This document shows, in pieces, positions 1 through 8,167 of a DNA stretch of 32,000 nucleotides. The number at the start of each line of letters is the position of its first letter. Position 1 is the first letter of the stretch. The notes under the pieces were generated by a model. It was given only the letters and a program-made list of their open reading frames with translations. It did not search any database and was not told the origin of the DNA. The stretch is from Halomicronema hongdechloris C2206 (GTDB taxonomy: Bacteria; Cyanobacteriota; Cyanobacteriia; Phormidesmidales; Phormidesmidaceae), in contig NZ_CP021983.2 in NCBI RefSeq assembly GCF_002075285.3, positions 2,640,001 through 2,672,000 on the forward strand, given 5' to 3'. Both the position numbers and the translations under genes were made by a program.

Positions 1-551
1 ATCGCAGAAGATAGGTTGGGGGCATGGCGGTCCATCATTACCTTGCCGGCAATCATGCAGAGGTGGCGGGCCTCGGCGGCCTCGAAGAAGGCCTCCACGG
101 ATTGGGGAAACACCGTGGCAAAGACCAGGGCGGTGGTGGTGCCGTGACTCAGCAGTTGATCGAGAAAGAACTCGGCCACCTCTTTGGCATAGGCTTTATC
201 TTGAAAGCGCTTCTCGGTGGGAAAGGTGTATTGGCTCAACCACTGCAGCAGCTGCTCGCCGTAGGCGGCCATCATGCCGGTCTGGGGATAGTGAATATGG
301 GTGTCGATGAAGCCGGGGGTGATCAGCCGGCCTAGGTAGGCAGTAACAGGGATATGGCCGTAGGTGCTCTCGAGGTCGTTGTAGGGGCCAAAGGCTTTGA
401 TAATGCCGGATTCGATCACCAGCAAGCCATCGGGGACGTAGCGCACACTCTCGGCTTCGGGAGCGTAGAAGGGATCCTCGATGAAGTCGAGGAAGGCACC
501 GCGAATGGCCTGGAGACGGGGGGCATCAGTTGAGGCAGGAGGAGAGGACAT
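1..551 (-). CDS. guaD: guanine deaminase, N-terminal about 183 codons (3-prime end lies outside the window)
   Basis: Absent from the ORF track because it runs off the window edge. Reverse-strand ATG at 551-549. My translation is MSSPPASTDAPRLQAIRGAFLDFIEDPFY...GRLITPGFIDTHIHYPQTGMMAAYGEQLLQWLSQYTFPTEKRF...GTTTALVFATVFPQSVEAFFEAA...MIAGKVMMDRHAP. It is collinear with E. coli GuaD, including the HxH metal motif and the MIAGKVMMDR block. The listed + strand ORF 24..335 is antisense to it. Confidence 0.85.
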   Translation of the reverse strand, partial: MSSPPASTDAPRLQAIRGAFLDFIEDPFYAPEAESVRYVPDGLLVIESGIIKAFGPYNDLESTYGHIPVTAYLGRLITPGFIDTHIHYPQTGMMAAYGEQLLQWLSQYTFPTEKRFQDKAYAKEVAEFFLDQLLSHGTTTALVFATVFPQSVEAFFEAAEARHLCMIAGKVMMDRHAPNLSSA

Positions 552-565
552 TTGGGGAAGACGGA

Positions 566-807
566 GGGGGGAGTGGGGGAGTGGGGGAGTAATGGGGTGT
601 AGGCGGAGCCTGCCCGGAGGGCTTAGGGGTGATGGGGAGGGCGGAGGACAGTGATGAGTTTTGAGTTTTGAATCCCCGCCTTGCTCCTGTGGAGCCGCTT
701 TGCGAACGCGAGGACAAGCTTTGAATTTTGAATTTTGGTTTGGTTCCCTGCCCAACGGTGGATGGGATAGGGTAGGGGCGTGGTTGCCGCGCCCAATGCA
801 GAAAACT
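566..807. repeat. Mosaic intergenic repeat element, copy A, containing STRR-like short tandem repeats
   Basis: G5-6AGT x3 at 566-590. GAGTTTT x2 at 656-669. GAATTTT x2 at 723-736. Modules AGGCGGAGCCTGCC (601-614), GGTTTGGTTCCCTG..ACGGTGGATGGG (738-766) and GGTTGCCGCGCCCAATGCAGAAAACT (782-807) recur in the same order in reverse complement at 14052-14266. Confidence 0.8.
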
Positions 808-987
808 CCTCTGCCGATGCGACGCGATCTGGAACGACCAACCAACAGGCCCTTCCGCAGGGTCCAGGGTAGTTCGGCTCTGTTGCTCCTGCGGAGCCGC
901 TGACGCGCTTGGCGAAGCCTGGCTGAAAGCCATACACTATAAGCGCTCTCTCCAGTCGTCTGTAGCGCCATCTCTCAGCCCTGATCT

Positions 988-1944
988 CTAACCGTTGGCT
1001 GGGCCTGGTTCTGAGGTCACTGTAGCCTCTGGGGCAGCCTTGGCGGCATTGACATTGAGGCTGCCACCGAAGCGCTCTAGTTCAAACAATTTCACCCCAA
1101 TCTGGTATTCATACTGGCTCAGCAGGCGGCCGTAAATATAGCCAGCCCGGCCATCCAGGAACCCCAGCTGAAACACATAAAACAGGCAGAACCGTAGCAA
1201 GGGTTTGAAGGGTAGCCGCACCCAGATGGTCTTCAGGAAGCGCTTGCGCTGGACCGCATCGCCAAATAGGTTAGCGCCGATGGTGCCGTCGTTGCCCATG
1301 CCGTGGAGCAGATTGTAGTAGACCCGGGCTTCCCAGTTGGAATAGCGGTTGTGGCGCTCTAGCCAATGGAAGAGGTCGCGGAAGTCTTCGTGCAACATGT
1401 CCTGCTGCAAATAGCCCACCGGGCCATCGATGATCACATGCTCGTGGACTTCGTTGTCGCCGGTGTTGCGGATGTCTTCGGTGTGGAGGTTTTCATAGCG
1501 CCCTTTGGCGTGGCGGAAGAGGCGCAGATTCCAGTCGGGATATTTGCCGCCGTGGCGAATCCAGGTGCCCAGGAAGAAGACGCGACGGTTGAGGTAGTAG
1601 CCGTCGTAGTCAGAGGATTGGATAGCTTCAGCGATTTCGTCCCACAGTTCTGGGGGAATGCGCTCGTCGCAGTCGACGATCAGCACCCAGTCATGGTGGA
1701 AGGGGAGGTTGTCTAAGGCCCAATTTTTTTTCTTAGGCCAGCGACCGTTGAAGTGGAACTGCACTACCTGAGCACCGTAGCGATCGCAAATCTCGCCGGA
1801 GCGATCCTCACTTTGGGAGTCGACCACGAAGACTTCGGCGGCGGCAGCCACACTCTCCAGGCAGGCGGGCAGGTTTTCTTCCTCGTTTTTGGCAGGAATC
1901 AGCACGGAAACGGGAATCTTACCGGCGGCGGTGGACATGGTCAT
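988..1944 (-). CDS. glycosyltransferase family 2
   Basis: 318 aa ORF. The N-terminal VSVLIPAKNEEENLPACLESV...VFVVDSQSEDRS...LIVDCDERIP is the GT-A fold signature with a DxD-like DCD. Confidence 0.8.
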   Translation of the reverse strand: MTMSTAAGKIPVSVLIPAKNEEENLPACLESVAAAAEVFVVDSQSEDRSGEICDRYGAQVVQFHFNGRWPKKKNWALDNLPFHHDWVLIVDCDERIPPELWDEIAEAIQSSDYDGYYLNRRVFFLGTWIRHGGKYPDWNLRLFRHAKGRYENLHTEDIRNTGDNEVHEHVIIDGPVGYLQQDMLHEDFRDLFHWLERHNRYSNWEARVYYNLLHGMGNDGTIGANLFGDAVQRKRFLKTIWVRLPFKPLLRFCLFYVFQLGFLDGRAGYIYGRLLSQYEYQIGVKLFELERFGGSLNVNAAKAAPEATVTSEPGPANG

Positions 1945-1977
1945 TCCTCAACGGCGATGGCAACGCAAGACAGACAA

Positions 1978-2955
1978 TTAGGAAGAGGGGTTCCCTTCCT
2001 TGAGGGCGAGGGAGGCCGCCTCCGGGGTAGGACGCTGTGAAGCCGCAGTCAGAGGCGCTTTCAGGACCTGACTGAGATACCCTAACTGGCCATAGACATA
2101 GGCGGCGTTCTCGAAGCGGGCGGCAGGCTGGAAGCTATATTTTAGAGTCTTGTAGAGGCCCCGCACCAGCCTTTCCCCCAGCTGGCGCCAACGGTGGCGG
2201 CGCTGCCCCGAGAGCCGTTCCCGATGGAATTCGCTGATGCCTTGCCACCAGCTGCGGCGCAGGAACCACCTGGGGTGTAGGCGCTCGGGGGCGACGTTGT
2301 GGGCCACCAGGGCAGTGGGCACGTAGGCTACCTGCCAGCCATCGGCCAGGGCCCGCTGGGTCATGTAGAGTTCTTCATTGGAGAGGAGGTTAGTGCCAAC
2401 CCGGGCTAGGGCGAGGTCGAAGCCGCCCATACTGTCTAGGAAGCTGCGGCGCAGAGAATAGTTGAGGCCTCGTGGGGTGAGACCGGGTTGGGTGATGTAG
2501 TGCAGCTCGTCCCCCAGGTCGTAGGCCCCCAAGTGGCCCATTAGGTTTTCGGAGAGCAGGCCGGGGCCGATTGGCCCGGCGGCCAGAGCAAGGGTGACCT
2601 TGCCCCCTGCGATCGCAACTCGCGGGTTAGCCGCATAGACCCGATAGAGGGCCTGCAGCCAATTGGCACTGGCCTCGGCATCGTCATCCAGATAGGCTAA
2701 AATCTGCCCCCGGGCCACAGTGGTCCCCCGGTTGCGGGCCGCCGATAACCCCAGAGTCGCCTCATAGACATAGTGCAAGCGGAGATGGGAACAGCGGGCC
2801 TGCACCACAGCCCGGGTGTCGTCGGTGCTGGCATTGTCCACCACGATCACCTCATAGTCGTCCCAGGTTTGGGCCAACAGGCTATCGATGGCGGCCCCCA
2901 AATAACCGGCCCGGTTGTGGGTACAGATAATGGCAGACAGAACAGGATCAGACAT
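1978..2955 (-). CDS. glycosyltransferase family 2
   Basis: 325 aa ORF. LSAIICTHNRAGYLGAAIDSLLAQTWDDYEVIVVDNASTDDT...ILAYLDDDAEA is a typical GT2 motif with DDD. Same strand as the preceding GT2 and 33 nt away, so probably one operon. Confidence 0.8.
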   Translation of the reverse strand: MSDPVLSAIICTHNRAGYLGAAIDSLLAQTWDDYEVIVVDNASTDDTRAVVQARCSHLRLHYVYEATLGLSAARNRGTTVARGQILAYLDDDAEASANWLQALYRVYAANPRVAIAGGKVTLALAAGPIGPGLLSENLMGHLGAYDLGDELHYITQPGLTPRGLNYSLRRSFLDSMGGFDLALARVGTNLLSNEELYMTQRALADGWQVAYVPTALVAHNVAPERLHPRWFLRRSWWQGISEFHRERLSGQRRHRWRQLGERLVRGLYKTLKYSFQPAARFENAAYVYGQLGYLSQVLKAPLTAASQRPTPEAASLALKEGNPSS

Positions 2956-3105
2956 AGATGATGGCCATAAATGCAGCAGCCCTGCTTCAGGGGTAACCGA
3001 GCCGGGCTGTGGCTAGGGTGCCCTGAGGCTCCCCATAAATTCCCAATAACTACTATGATGAGCCCCACAGTCTATGTAACGCCATGGAGGGTCGCGGCAA
3101 ACAAG

Positions 3106-4203
3106 CTAGTAGCTAGCATCAAATCTCTGGTTAAGCCGCCGTGAACTTCTTGGCCATAGGCCTGCGCGCAGCGTTTCGCCGTAGGAGGCCGCAAGATTCC
3201 GCGCTCGGTGATCAGCCCCCACCAGGGTATGGGGCGTGACGTCAAAGGCGGGGTTGCGCACTGCCATTCCTACCGGGGCGGTGCGACGCTGGCCGAGGTG
3301 GGTGACCTCGTCCTGCGCCCGTTCCTCGATCACGATGGCCTCGCCGCTGGGGTGTCGAAGTCGATGGTGGAGTAAGGGACAGGCGACGTAGAAGGGAATC
3401 TGAAAGTATTGGGCCAGAATCGCCACCCCCAGAGTGCCGATCTTATTGGCCACATCGCCGTTGGCGGCCACTCGGTCGGTGCCGACGATGACCATATCGA
3501 TGCAGTCCTGGGCCATGAGCGTGGCGGCCATGTTGTCGCAGATCAAGGTGACATCAATGCCGGCCTGCTGGAGTTCCCAGGTGGTGAGACGGGCCCCCTG
3601 CAGCAGGGGGCGGGTTTCGTCGGCATAGACCCGAAAGGATACCCCAGCCTCGTGGGCCAGATAGAGGGGGGCCAGGGCGGTGCCCAGTTCGGCGGTGGCC
3701 AGGGCCCCGGCATTGCAATGGGTGAGAATGCCCATGCCAGTCTTGATCAACGGACGGCCATGGTCACCGATGCGGCGGCAGAGCTGCCGGTCTTCCGCGT
3801 GGATTTGGATGGCAGTTTGCTCTAGGGCTTGATAGATCTCGGGTACAGGCTGCTGGTGCAGCTGCCGGGCCTGCCTCAGCAAGCGCTGTAAGGCCCAGTG
3901 TAGGTTCACTGCCGTGGGCCGGGCGCTGTCCAGGTAGGCGGCCTGGGTGTCTAATTGAGCCAGAAAGTCTTCATGGGTAAGATGCTGTTGCGATCGCATC
4001 GCCAGCACCAAGCCATAGGCCCCGGCAATGCCGATGGCGGGAGCTCCCCGCACCTTCAACCGCCGAATCGCGTCCCACACCTGCTCTACGGTGGTATAGG
4101 GGTCGATCACGGTCTCCAGGGGCAGGCGGGTCTGGTCCAGGAGGTAGAGGGTGCCATGGTCCCAGCGGACCGGTTGCGGCCGTTGCAGAGCAGTGTTTTT
4201 CAT
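3106..4203 (-). CDS. mtnA: S-methyl-5-thioribose-1-phosphate isomerase (methionine salvage), with two internal out-of-frame stretches
   Basis: VRWDHGTLYLLDQTRLP...KVRGAPAIGIAGAYGL...THCNAGALAT...GTDRVAANGDVANKIGT...NPAFDVTP are MtnA/eIF-2B family hallmarks. The likely start is the second Met (MKNTALQ, ATG at 4203-4201). See the finding on compensated frameshifts. Confidence 0.85.
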   Translation of the reverse strand: MKNTALQRPQPVRWDHGTLYLLDQTRLPLETVIDPYTTVEQVWDAIRRLKVRGAPAIGIAGAYGLVLAMRSQQHLTHEDFLAQLDTQAAYLDSARPTAVNLHWALQRLLRQARQLHQQPVPEIYQALEQTAIQIHAEDRQLCRRIGDHGRPLIKTGMGILTHCNAGALATAELGTALAPLYLAHEAGVSFRVYADETRPLLQGARLTTWELQQAGIDVTLICDNMAATLMAQDCIDMVIVGTDRVAANGDVANKIGTLGVAILAQYFQIPFYVACPLLHHRLRHPSGEAIVIEERAQDEVTHLGQRRTAPVGMAVRNPAFDVTPHTLVGADHRARNLAASYGETLRAGLWPRSSRRLNQRFDASY

Positions 4204-4288
4204 GAGTCTTGGGGAGCATGCCATACGGCCTATAGTCTACCGTCCTTAGCCAGCCGGCGACTGGCTTGCTCTTCCTAGTTGTCCTCGC

Positions 4289-4624
4289 TCATCCCACAGC
4301 GAAGCCATCATACTGACGCATAAACGGCGCGTGATAGGCCAAGACAATGTCACTTTTGGGGATTCCTAGGTTTACTAATTCATTGGCCACTCCAGTTTCT
4401 GTGCCGTCATATTGAATCCAGACTTTGTCATCAATCAAATCGATGTGAAGCAATGGTCCAAAAATACGTCGATGCTGATTCCAGCCCGCATGGAATACTT
4501 GATAGTGATGGTTCTTGCTGTCAACGCATATGCCGACCTGAATATCACCATTGGCAGGTTTAACTCGACCATATTCTTCCAGCACCTGCTGAATTATTTG
4601 TTGATAATTTGCTAATTTATCCAC
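4289..4624 (-). CDS. xisI: XisI family protein (fdxN-element excision controlling factor-like)
   Basis: 111 aa with a GTG start. MDKLANYQQIIQQVLEEY...HYQVFHAGWNQHRRIFGPLLHIDLIDDKVWIQYDGTE...LVNLGIPKSDIVLAYH matches the conserved cyanobacterial XisI architecture. Confidence 0.85.
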   Translation of the reverse strand: MDKLANYQQIIQQVLEEYGRVKPANGDIQVGICVDSKNHHYQVFHAGWNQHRRIFGPLLHIDLIDDKVWIQYDGTETGVANELVNLGIPKSDIVLAYHAPFMRQYDGFAVG

Positions 4625-4737
4625 TCTAAAATCACCTCCCCAGTTGGTTCGTAGACCAAGATACTCATCCGCAATTCCTGAACCACTTGAGATGCAAATC
4701 TAGCCAAACTGTCTGAATGAGAAGCTAATGCTGCCTT
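4612..4737 (-). pseudogene. xisH: XisH C-terminal remnant (last about 41 codons only)
   Basis: Reverse frame reads KAALASHSDSLARFASQVVQELRMSILVYEPTGEVILEWIN then a stop. The ...WIN-stop overlaps the xisI start in the usual xisH-xisI coupling. An in-frame TAG at 4740-4738 sits immediately upstream. The expected about 95 N-terminal codons are absent and are replaced by the 3-prime end of the neighbouring nuclease gene. Confidence 0.55.
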
Positions 4738-4742
4738 CTACC

Positions 4743-5462
4743 TTATATTAGTCCCCAGCGCTGGCGGTTCTGGTATTGCTGTAATCGCTGTTGAAACCCC
4801 TGCCAGTACTGCTCCAGGGCTTGGGGGGTGAGCCAGAAGGTCTGGGCGGGTTGATCGGCCAGGGCGATGGCGATCAGGGCATGCTCTACGCGGATGCCGT
4901 AATCGTCATAGACCTGGTTCACCGCCGCTCCATAGGCGGCTGCTACCTGCAGCCAATAGTCTTGCAGCCATTCGGGCTGCTTGGGTCGGCGGGCCGTCTT
5001 CCAATCGCAGAGGCAGAGCTGGCCCCGATACCTGACCAGGGCGTCGGGAATACCGGCAAACCCCTGATCATGCCAGACCGCCCCCTCTACCAGTAGCACC
5101 TCCTCGGTCTCTGCCAAGACCGGCTCTATGGAGGCCCAGTAGTCGTCGAGATCATTAGGCAGTGCCGTCGTCTCTCGGCGCAGGTGGGCGGCGATGTATT
5201 TGTGCAGCCGGGTGCCGGCAGAGGAGGCTTGGACGGTGATGCGGTGGGCCGTCTCGTGACCAACGGCTTGTCGCCACTTCTGCAGAGACACCCGCGCCTC
5301 TGGGGGTTTGGTGGCCGAAAGGATGGTAGTGACGCCGGGATAGGCACGGCCAGCAATGCTATAGAGGCGGCGCCGCTGCTGGCGCACGGTCTGGGCCTGG
5401 TAGTGGGGCAGCTGCATTGGCGAGGGAAAATGACCGGTATGGGTTGGATGTACGAGAGACAC
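4743..5462 (-). CDS. PD-(D/E)XK nuclease superfamily protein (RecB/Cas4-like exonuclease fold)
   Basis: 239 aa. GIPDALV ... LCLCDWKTARRPK gives the D...(D/E)xK arrangement. The overall length and pattern are typical of conserved cyanobacterial PD-(D/E)XK proteins. Confidence 0.55.
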   Translation of the reverse strand: MSLVHPTHTGHFPSPMQLPHYQAQTVRQQRRRLYSIAGRAYPGVTTILSATKPPEARVSLQKWRQAVGHETAHRITVQASSAGTRLHKYIAAHLRRETTALPNDLDDYWASIEPVLAETEEVLLVEGAVWHDQGFAGIPDALVRYRGQLCLCDWKTARRPKQPEWLQDYWLQVAAAYGAAVNQVYDDYGIRVEHALIAIALADQPAQTFWLTPQALEQYWQGFQQRLQQYQNRQRWGLI

Positions 5463-5774
5463 ATCCTCACGTTAACCGCTTTCACCGGTGACCATATGCC
5501 ACCCAAGCCCAGCGTCACCCCGAAAGCCACCGATCCTGAGGTTACCGAACCCATGGCTATAGGAGGAGGTTGGCCTTCGATTCCTGACTTTGCCGGAACT
5601 TATTTTAGATATGACCAAGCTTCACAAAATCTCTATCCATAGCTCCAACAATTGTTGTCCCAATGGCCTATTCTCGAGTAGATGGACGACTGTGATTTCA
5701 CTATGGGTCATCTCTACCTGGTAAAGTCCTTTATTCCAACACCCCAGGGCGATCCAGTGGGGAGGCCATAACAA

Positions 5775-6734
5775 ATGTGTTTGCAATACTGGGCTCAAGT
5801 GAATCCGTTGAGTACTGTCCCGCGTCCTAATCTGTTTATCATTGGTGCCATGAAGGCTGGCACCACGTCCCTCCATGGCTATCTCAACGCCCATCCTGAC
5901 ATTGTCATGTCAGAGCCGAAGGAACCTTGCTATTTTGTTCATCCCCAGGAACTTAATTGGCCTCAGATTGAGCAGCTGCAGCTATGGCAAAACGAGGCCA
6001 AGTATCTGGCACTATTTCCCGACGCCACTGAGGCCAAAGTGATCGGAGAGTCCAGCACGCCCTATGCCAAGTTTCCTGCCATTGGCCAGATTCCAGAGCG
6101 CATTGCTCGGTTTAATCCAGAGGCCCGCTTCATCTATGTCCTTCGCGATCCGATCGAACGCACCATCAGCCATTATCTTCACGAAGTGCGTCGGGGCAAT
6201 GAGCACCGAGATATGGTGACAGCGATTAGCCAAAATCCTCTGTACACCAGCGTTAGCGACTATGACCTACAGCTGCGTCAGTACTTGAATTACTTTGACT
6301 TGCGACAGTTTTTAGTCTTAACCTTCGAAGCCATGACGGCAGATACGCCTGGTACTATCGCCCAGGTCTTCGAGTGGTTAGGCGTTGATAGCTCCTTCCA
6401 GCCGCCTAATCTCACCAGTAAAGCCCACGTTACTCCTAAGACGTTCTATCAAAAAGGCAGGCTGTATCGGCTGAGATATTCCTGGCCCTGGAATCAAATA
6501 GCCGAGCTCTTGCCCAACCGAGTTAGAAAATTGGGACTCAAGACCCTGATTCGAGAGGTCGATCGTGATGCTGAGCTGGTACACAAGCAGGCGGTAACCG
6601 ACTATCTCAGGCCACTCCAGCAATCCCAGGTACGACGACTCAGCCAATTGCTCAACCGAGAGTTTCCGGAGTGGTCCGTGCTCTGGGGCCCCGATGCAGG
6701 TGCCAGACGGGCTCTACGGTCAGTGGGGGAATAA
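5775..6734 (+). CDS. sulfotransferase family protein (carbohydrate-type)
   Basis: PNLFIIGAMKAGTTSLHGYL (5-prime PSB loop), EPKEPCYF, and FIYVLRDPIERTISHY (3-prime PB motif). It is a paralogue of the ORFs at 19704 and 24397. The start is uncertain (ATG 5775 or GTG 5799). Confidence 0.8.
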   Translation: MCLQYWAQVNPLSTVPRPNLFIIGAMKAGTTSLHGYLNAHPDIVMSEPKEPCYFVHPQELNWPQIEQLQLWQNEAKYLALFPDATEAKVIGESSTPYAKFPAIGQIPERIARFNPEARFIYVLRDPIERTISHYLHEVRRGNEHRDMVTAISQNPLYTSVSDYDLQLRQYLNYFDLRQFLVLTFEAMTADTPGTIAQVFEWLGVDSSFQPPNLTSKAHVTPKTFYQKGRLYRLRYSWPWNQIAELLPNRVRKLGLKTLIREVDRDAELVHKQAVTDYLRPLQQSQVRRLSQLLNREFPEWSVLWGPDAGARRALRSVGE

Positions 6735-6831
6735 TAAAGTCATTGTATCGACCTATCTGCTCAAGTTGGGGGACCATGGTGTTCCCATGATTGATTTGAC
6801 AGCATAGGGTGATGGCGCTGAGGCTGAAGAA

Positions 6832-8064
6832 TCAGGGGGAACTGCGTATCGCCCGCCACAGCAGGTGACCGTGCCGGCCCACGGCTCCCATCAGCCCGAC
6901 CCGCACATCATTGGGAGCCCGACCAAATAGTCGCAGCATGGCCCGCACCAGCTGAGCTGGTGCCAGGGTATCGGCCAGGAACCCCGCCCAATCCCCCTGG
7001 GGCAGATGGAAGAAGGTATTGAAGAAATGGCGCAGTCGGGCCTCGTCAAAGGTCATCAGGGCCTGCAGGCCAAAGAGATAGAGATAGTGCTTACGCAGTC
7101 GATCGCTGGGCCAGAGGGCCTGCCAGGCTGCCTGGGCGACGGCGTGGGGAGTCGTGCAAGTATCCAGGCCAGTGGCAATGCCCTGAGCCAGGGTTGGGGC
7201 CCGCCGCAACATCGCCCCTAGGGTATAGCCTGTGGCCGGATGCACCATGCTGGCGGCGCCACCGAATCCCACCACCGGCTGGTCTAAACAGGGTAAGGGC
7301 AGATTCATCGGAAACAGGCAGTGCTCGATGTGATGCACCTCTGTGACCTGCACCTGCTGCCAGGCCAAGCGTTGCCGTAGGCGCTGCTCTAACGTCTTGA
7401 ACGAGATGGCAGGACAGTGGGCCAGGGAGGTCTCTTCCACGAAGAAGATGCCATCCCCCAGATCCATGGCATAGAGAAAGGTAGGAGGCTGGTGCCGCTG
7501 GTCAGCGGAGAGGTGATCACTGCGGTAGTCCATCAGGACAAATTGATGCGGCGCCACCGGTGGGGCTGAGAACCGACCCACGATGCCGTAGGCGGCTTGA
7601 TAGGCGACTGGCCAGGCCTGGGGACGGCGGACAAATATGGGCTTATGGCCACTGGCATCCACCACCACTCGAGCGTTGAGGGCTGCCCCGGCCTGGGTGG
7701 TAACCCGAGCCTGCTGAGAGTCATGCTCCAGGCTGTCAGCAAAGCCCTGGTGCCACACCACTCCTCCCCGTTGACACTGCGCCAGCAAATGGTCCTGTAG
7801 CTGAGCCTTATCGATTAGGCCGTAGACTCGGGGCAGGGCCAGCGCTTGGGAGCCAAAATAGGCAACACAGTTCTGCCAGCGATGGCCCAATAGGTGACTC
7901 AGACCTAGGGTCTCTAGCTCATCTTCCCAGATACCATAGGTATTGGGCCAAGGGGCCGAGGGCGGGTGAGGCGCTAGCCCTTGCACCTGGAGTCCGGCCC
8001 CACAGAGGGCGGCTGCCATACTCAGGGCGGCAGGCCCTCCCCCAATCACTAGTACATCAAACAC
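6832..8064 (-). CDS. crtL: lycopene beta-cyclase, cyanobacterial CrtL type
   Basis: FDVLVIGGGPAALSMAAAL (FAD Rossmann motif), PWPNTYGIWEDEL, FLYAMDL, FFVEETSL and GFGGAASMVHPATGY are CrtL hallmarks. I prefer the GTG at 8064 because AGGAGG lies 5 nt upstream. The ORF track begins at the GTG at 8085. Confidence 0.85.
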   Translation of the reverse strand: MFDVLVIGGGPAALSMAAALCGAGLQVQGLAPHPPSAPWPNTYGIWEDELETLGLSHLLGHRWQNCVAYFGSQALALPRVYGLIDKAQLQDHLLAQCQRGGVVWHQGFADSLEHDSQQARVTTQAGAALNARVVVDASGHKPIFVRRPQAWPVAYQAAYGIVGRFSAPPVAPHQFVLMDYRSDHLSADQRHQPPTFLYAMDLGDGIFFVEETSLAHCPAISFKTLEQRLRQRLAWQQVQVTEVHHIEHCLFPMNLPLPCLDQPVVGFGGAASMVHPATGYTLGAMLRRAPTLAQGIATGLDTCTTPHAVAQAAWQALWPSDRLRKHYLYLFGLQALMTFDEARLRHFFNTFFHLPQGDWAGFLADTLAPAQLVRAMLRLFGRAPNDVRVGLMGAVGRHGHLLWRAIRSSP

Positions 8065-8167
8065 CGGACCTCCTCTTGGGAACACATCGCCGTTGCCCCT
8101 CCCCCCAGCGCCGTCTTAGCATTATCCCAATCCACTGCACACCAATTAAAGACACAATCATTGGGTC

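Noticed and set aside
24-335. 103-aa + strand ORF at the window start
   Set aside because: It is antisense to a very well conserved guanine deaminase reading frame on the minus strand. Its Gly/Ala/His-rich translation is typical of a spurious high-GC antisense ORF.
566-740. Short tandem repeats considered as a possible CRISPR array
   Set aside because: The units are 7-8 nt and directly abutting, with no 25-40 nt repeats separated by unique spacers. No cas genes are present in the window.
526-937. Three overlapping ORFs (526..933 -, 623..937 -, 661..903 +) in the guaD/GT2 intergenic region, with proline-rich translations
   Set aside because: They lie entirely in the tandem-repeat/mosaic element and overlap one another in different frames. 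They have no recognisable domains. The shared peptide PHYSPTP also appears in the N-terminal extension of the ORF at 14215, simply because the same DNA repeat is present there.
5184-5894. ORFs 5184..5642 (+), 5126..5554 (-) and 5622..5894 (-), including a possible 48-codon small ORF (MPPKPSVTPKATDPEV...) in the 5463-5774 spacer
   Set aside because: The larger ORFs mostly overlap the nuclease or sulfotransferase genes in other frames. The small ORF has no SD sequence, no recognisable motif and no support beyond being open. It is most likely the divergent promoter region.
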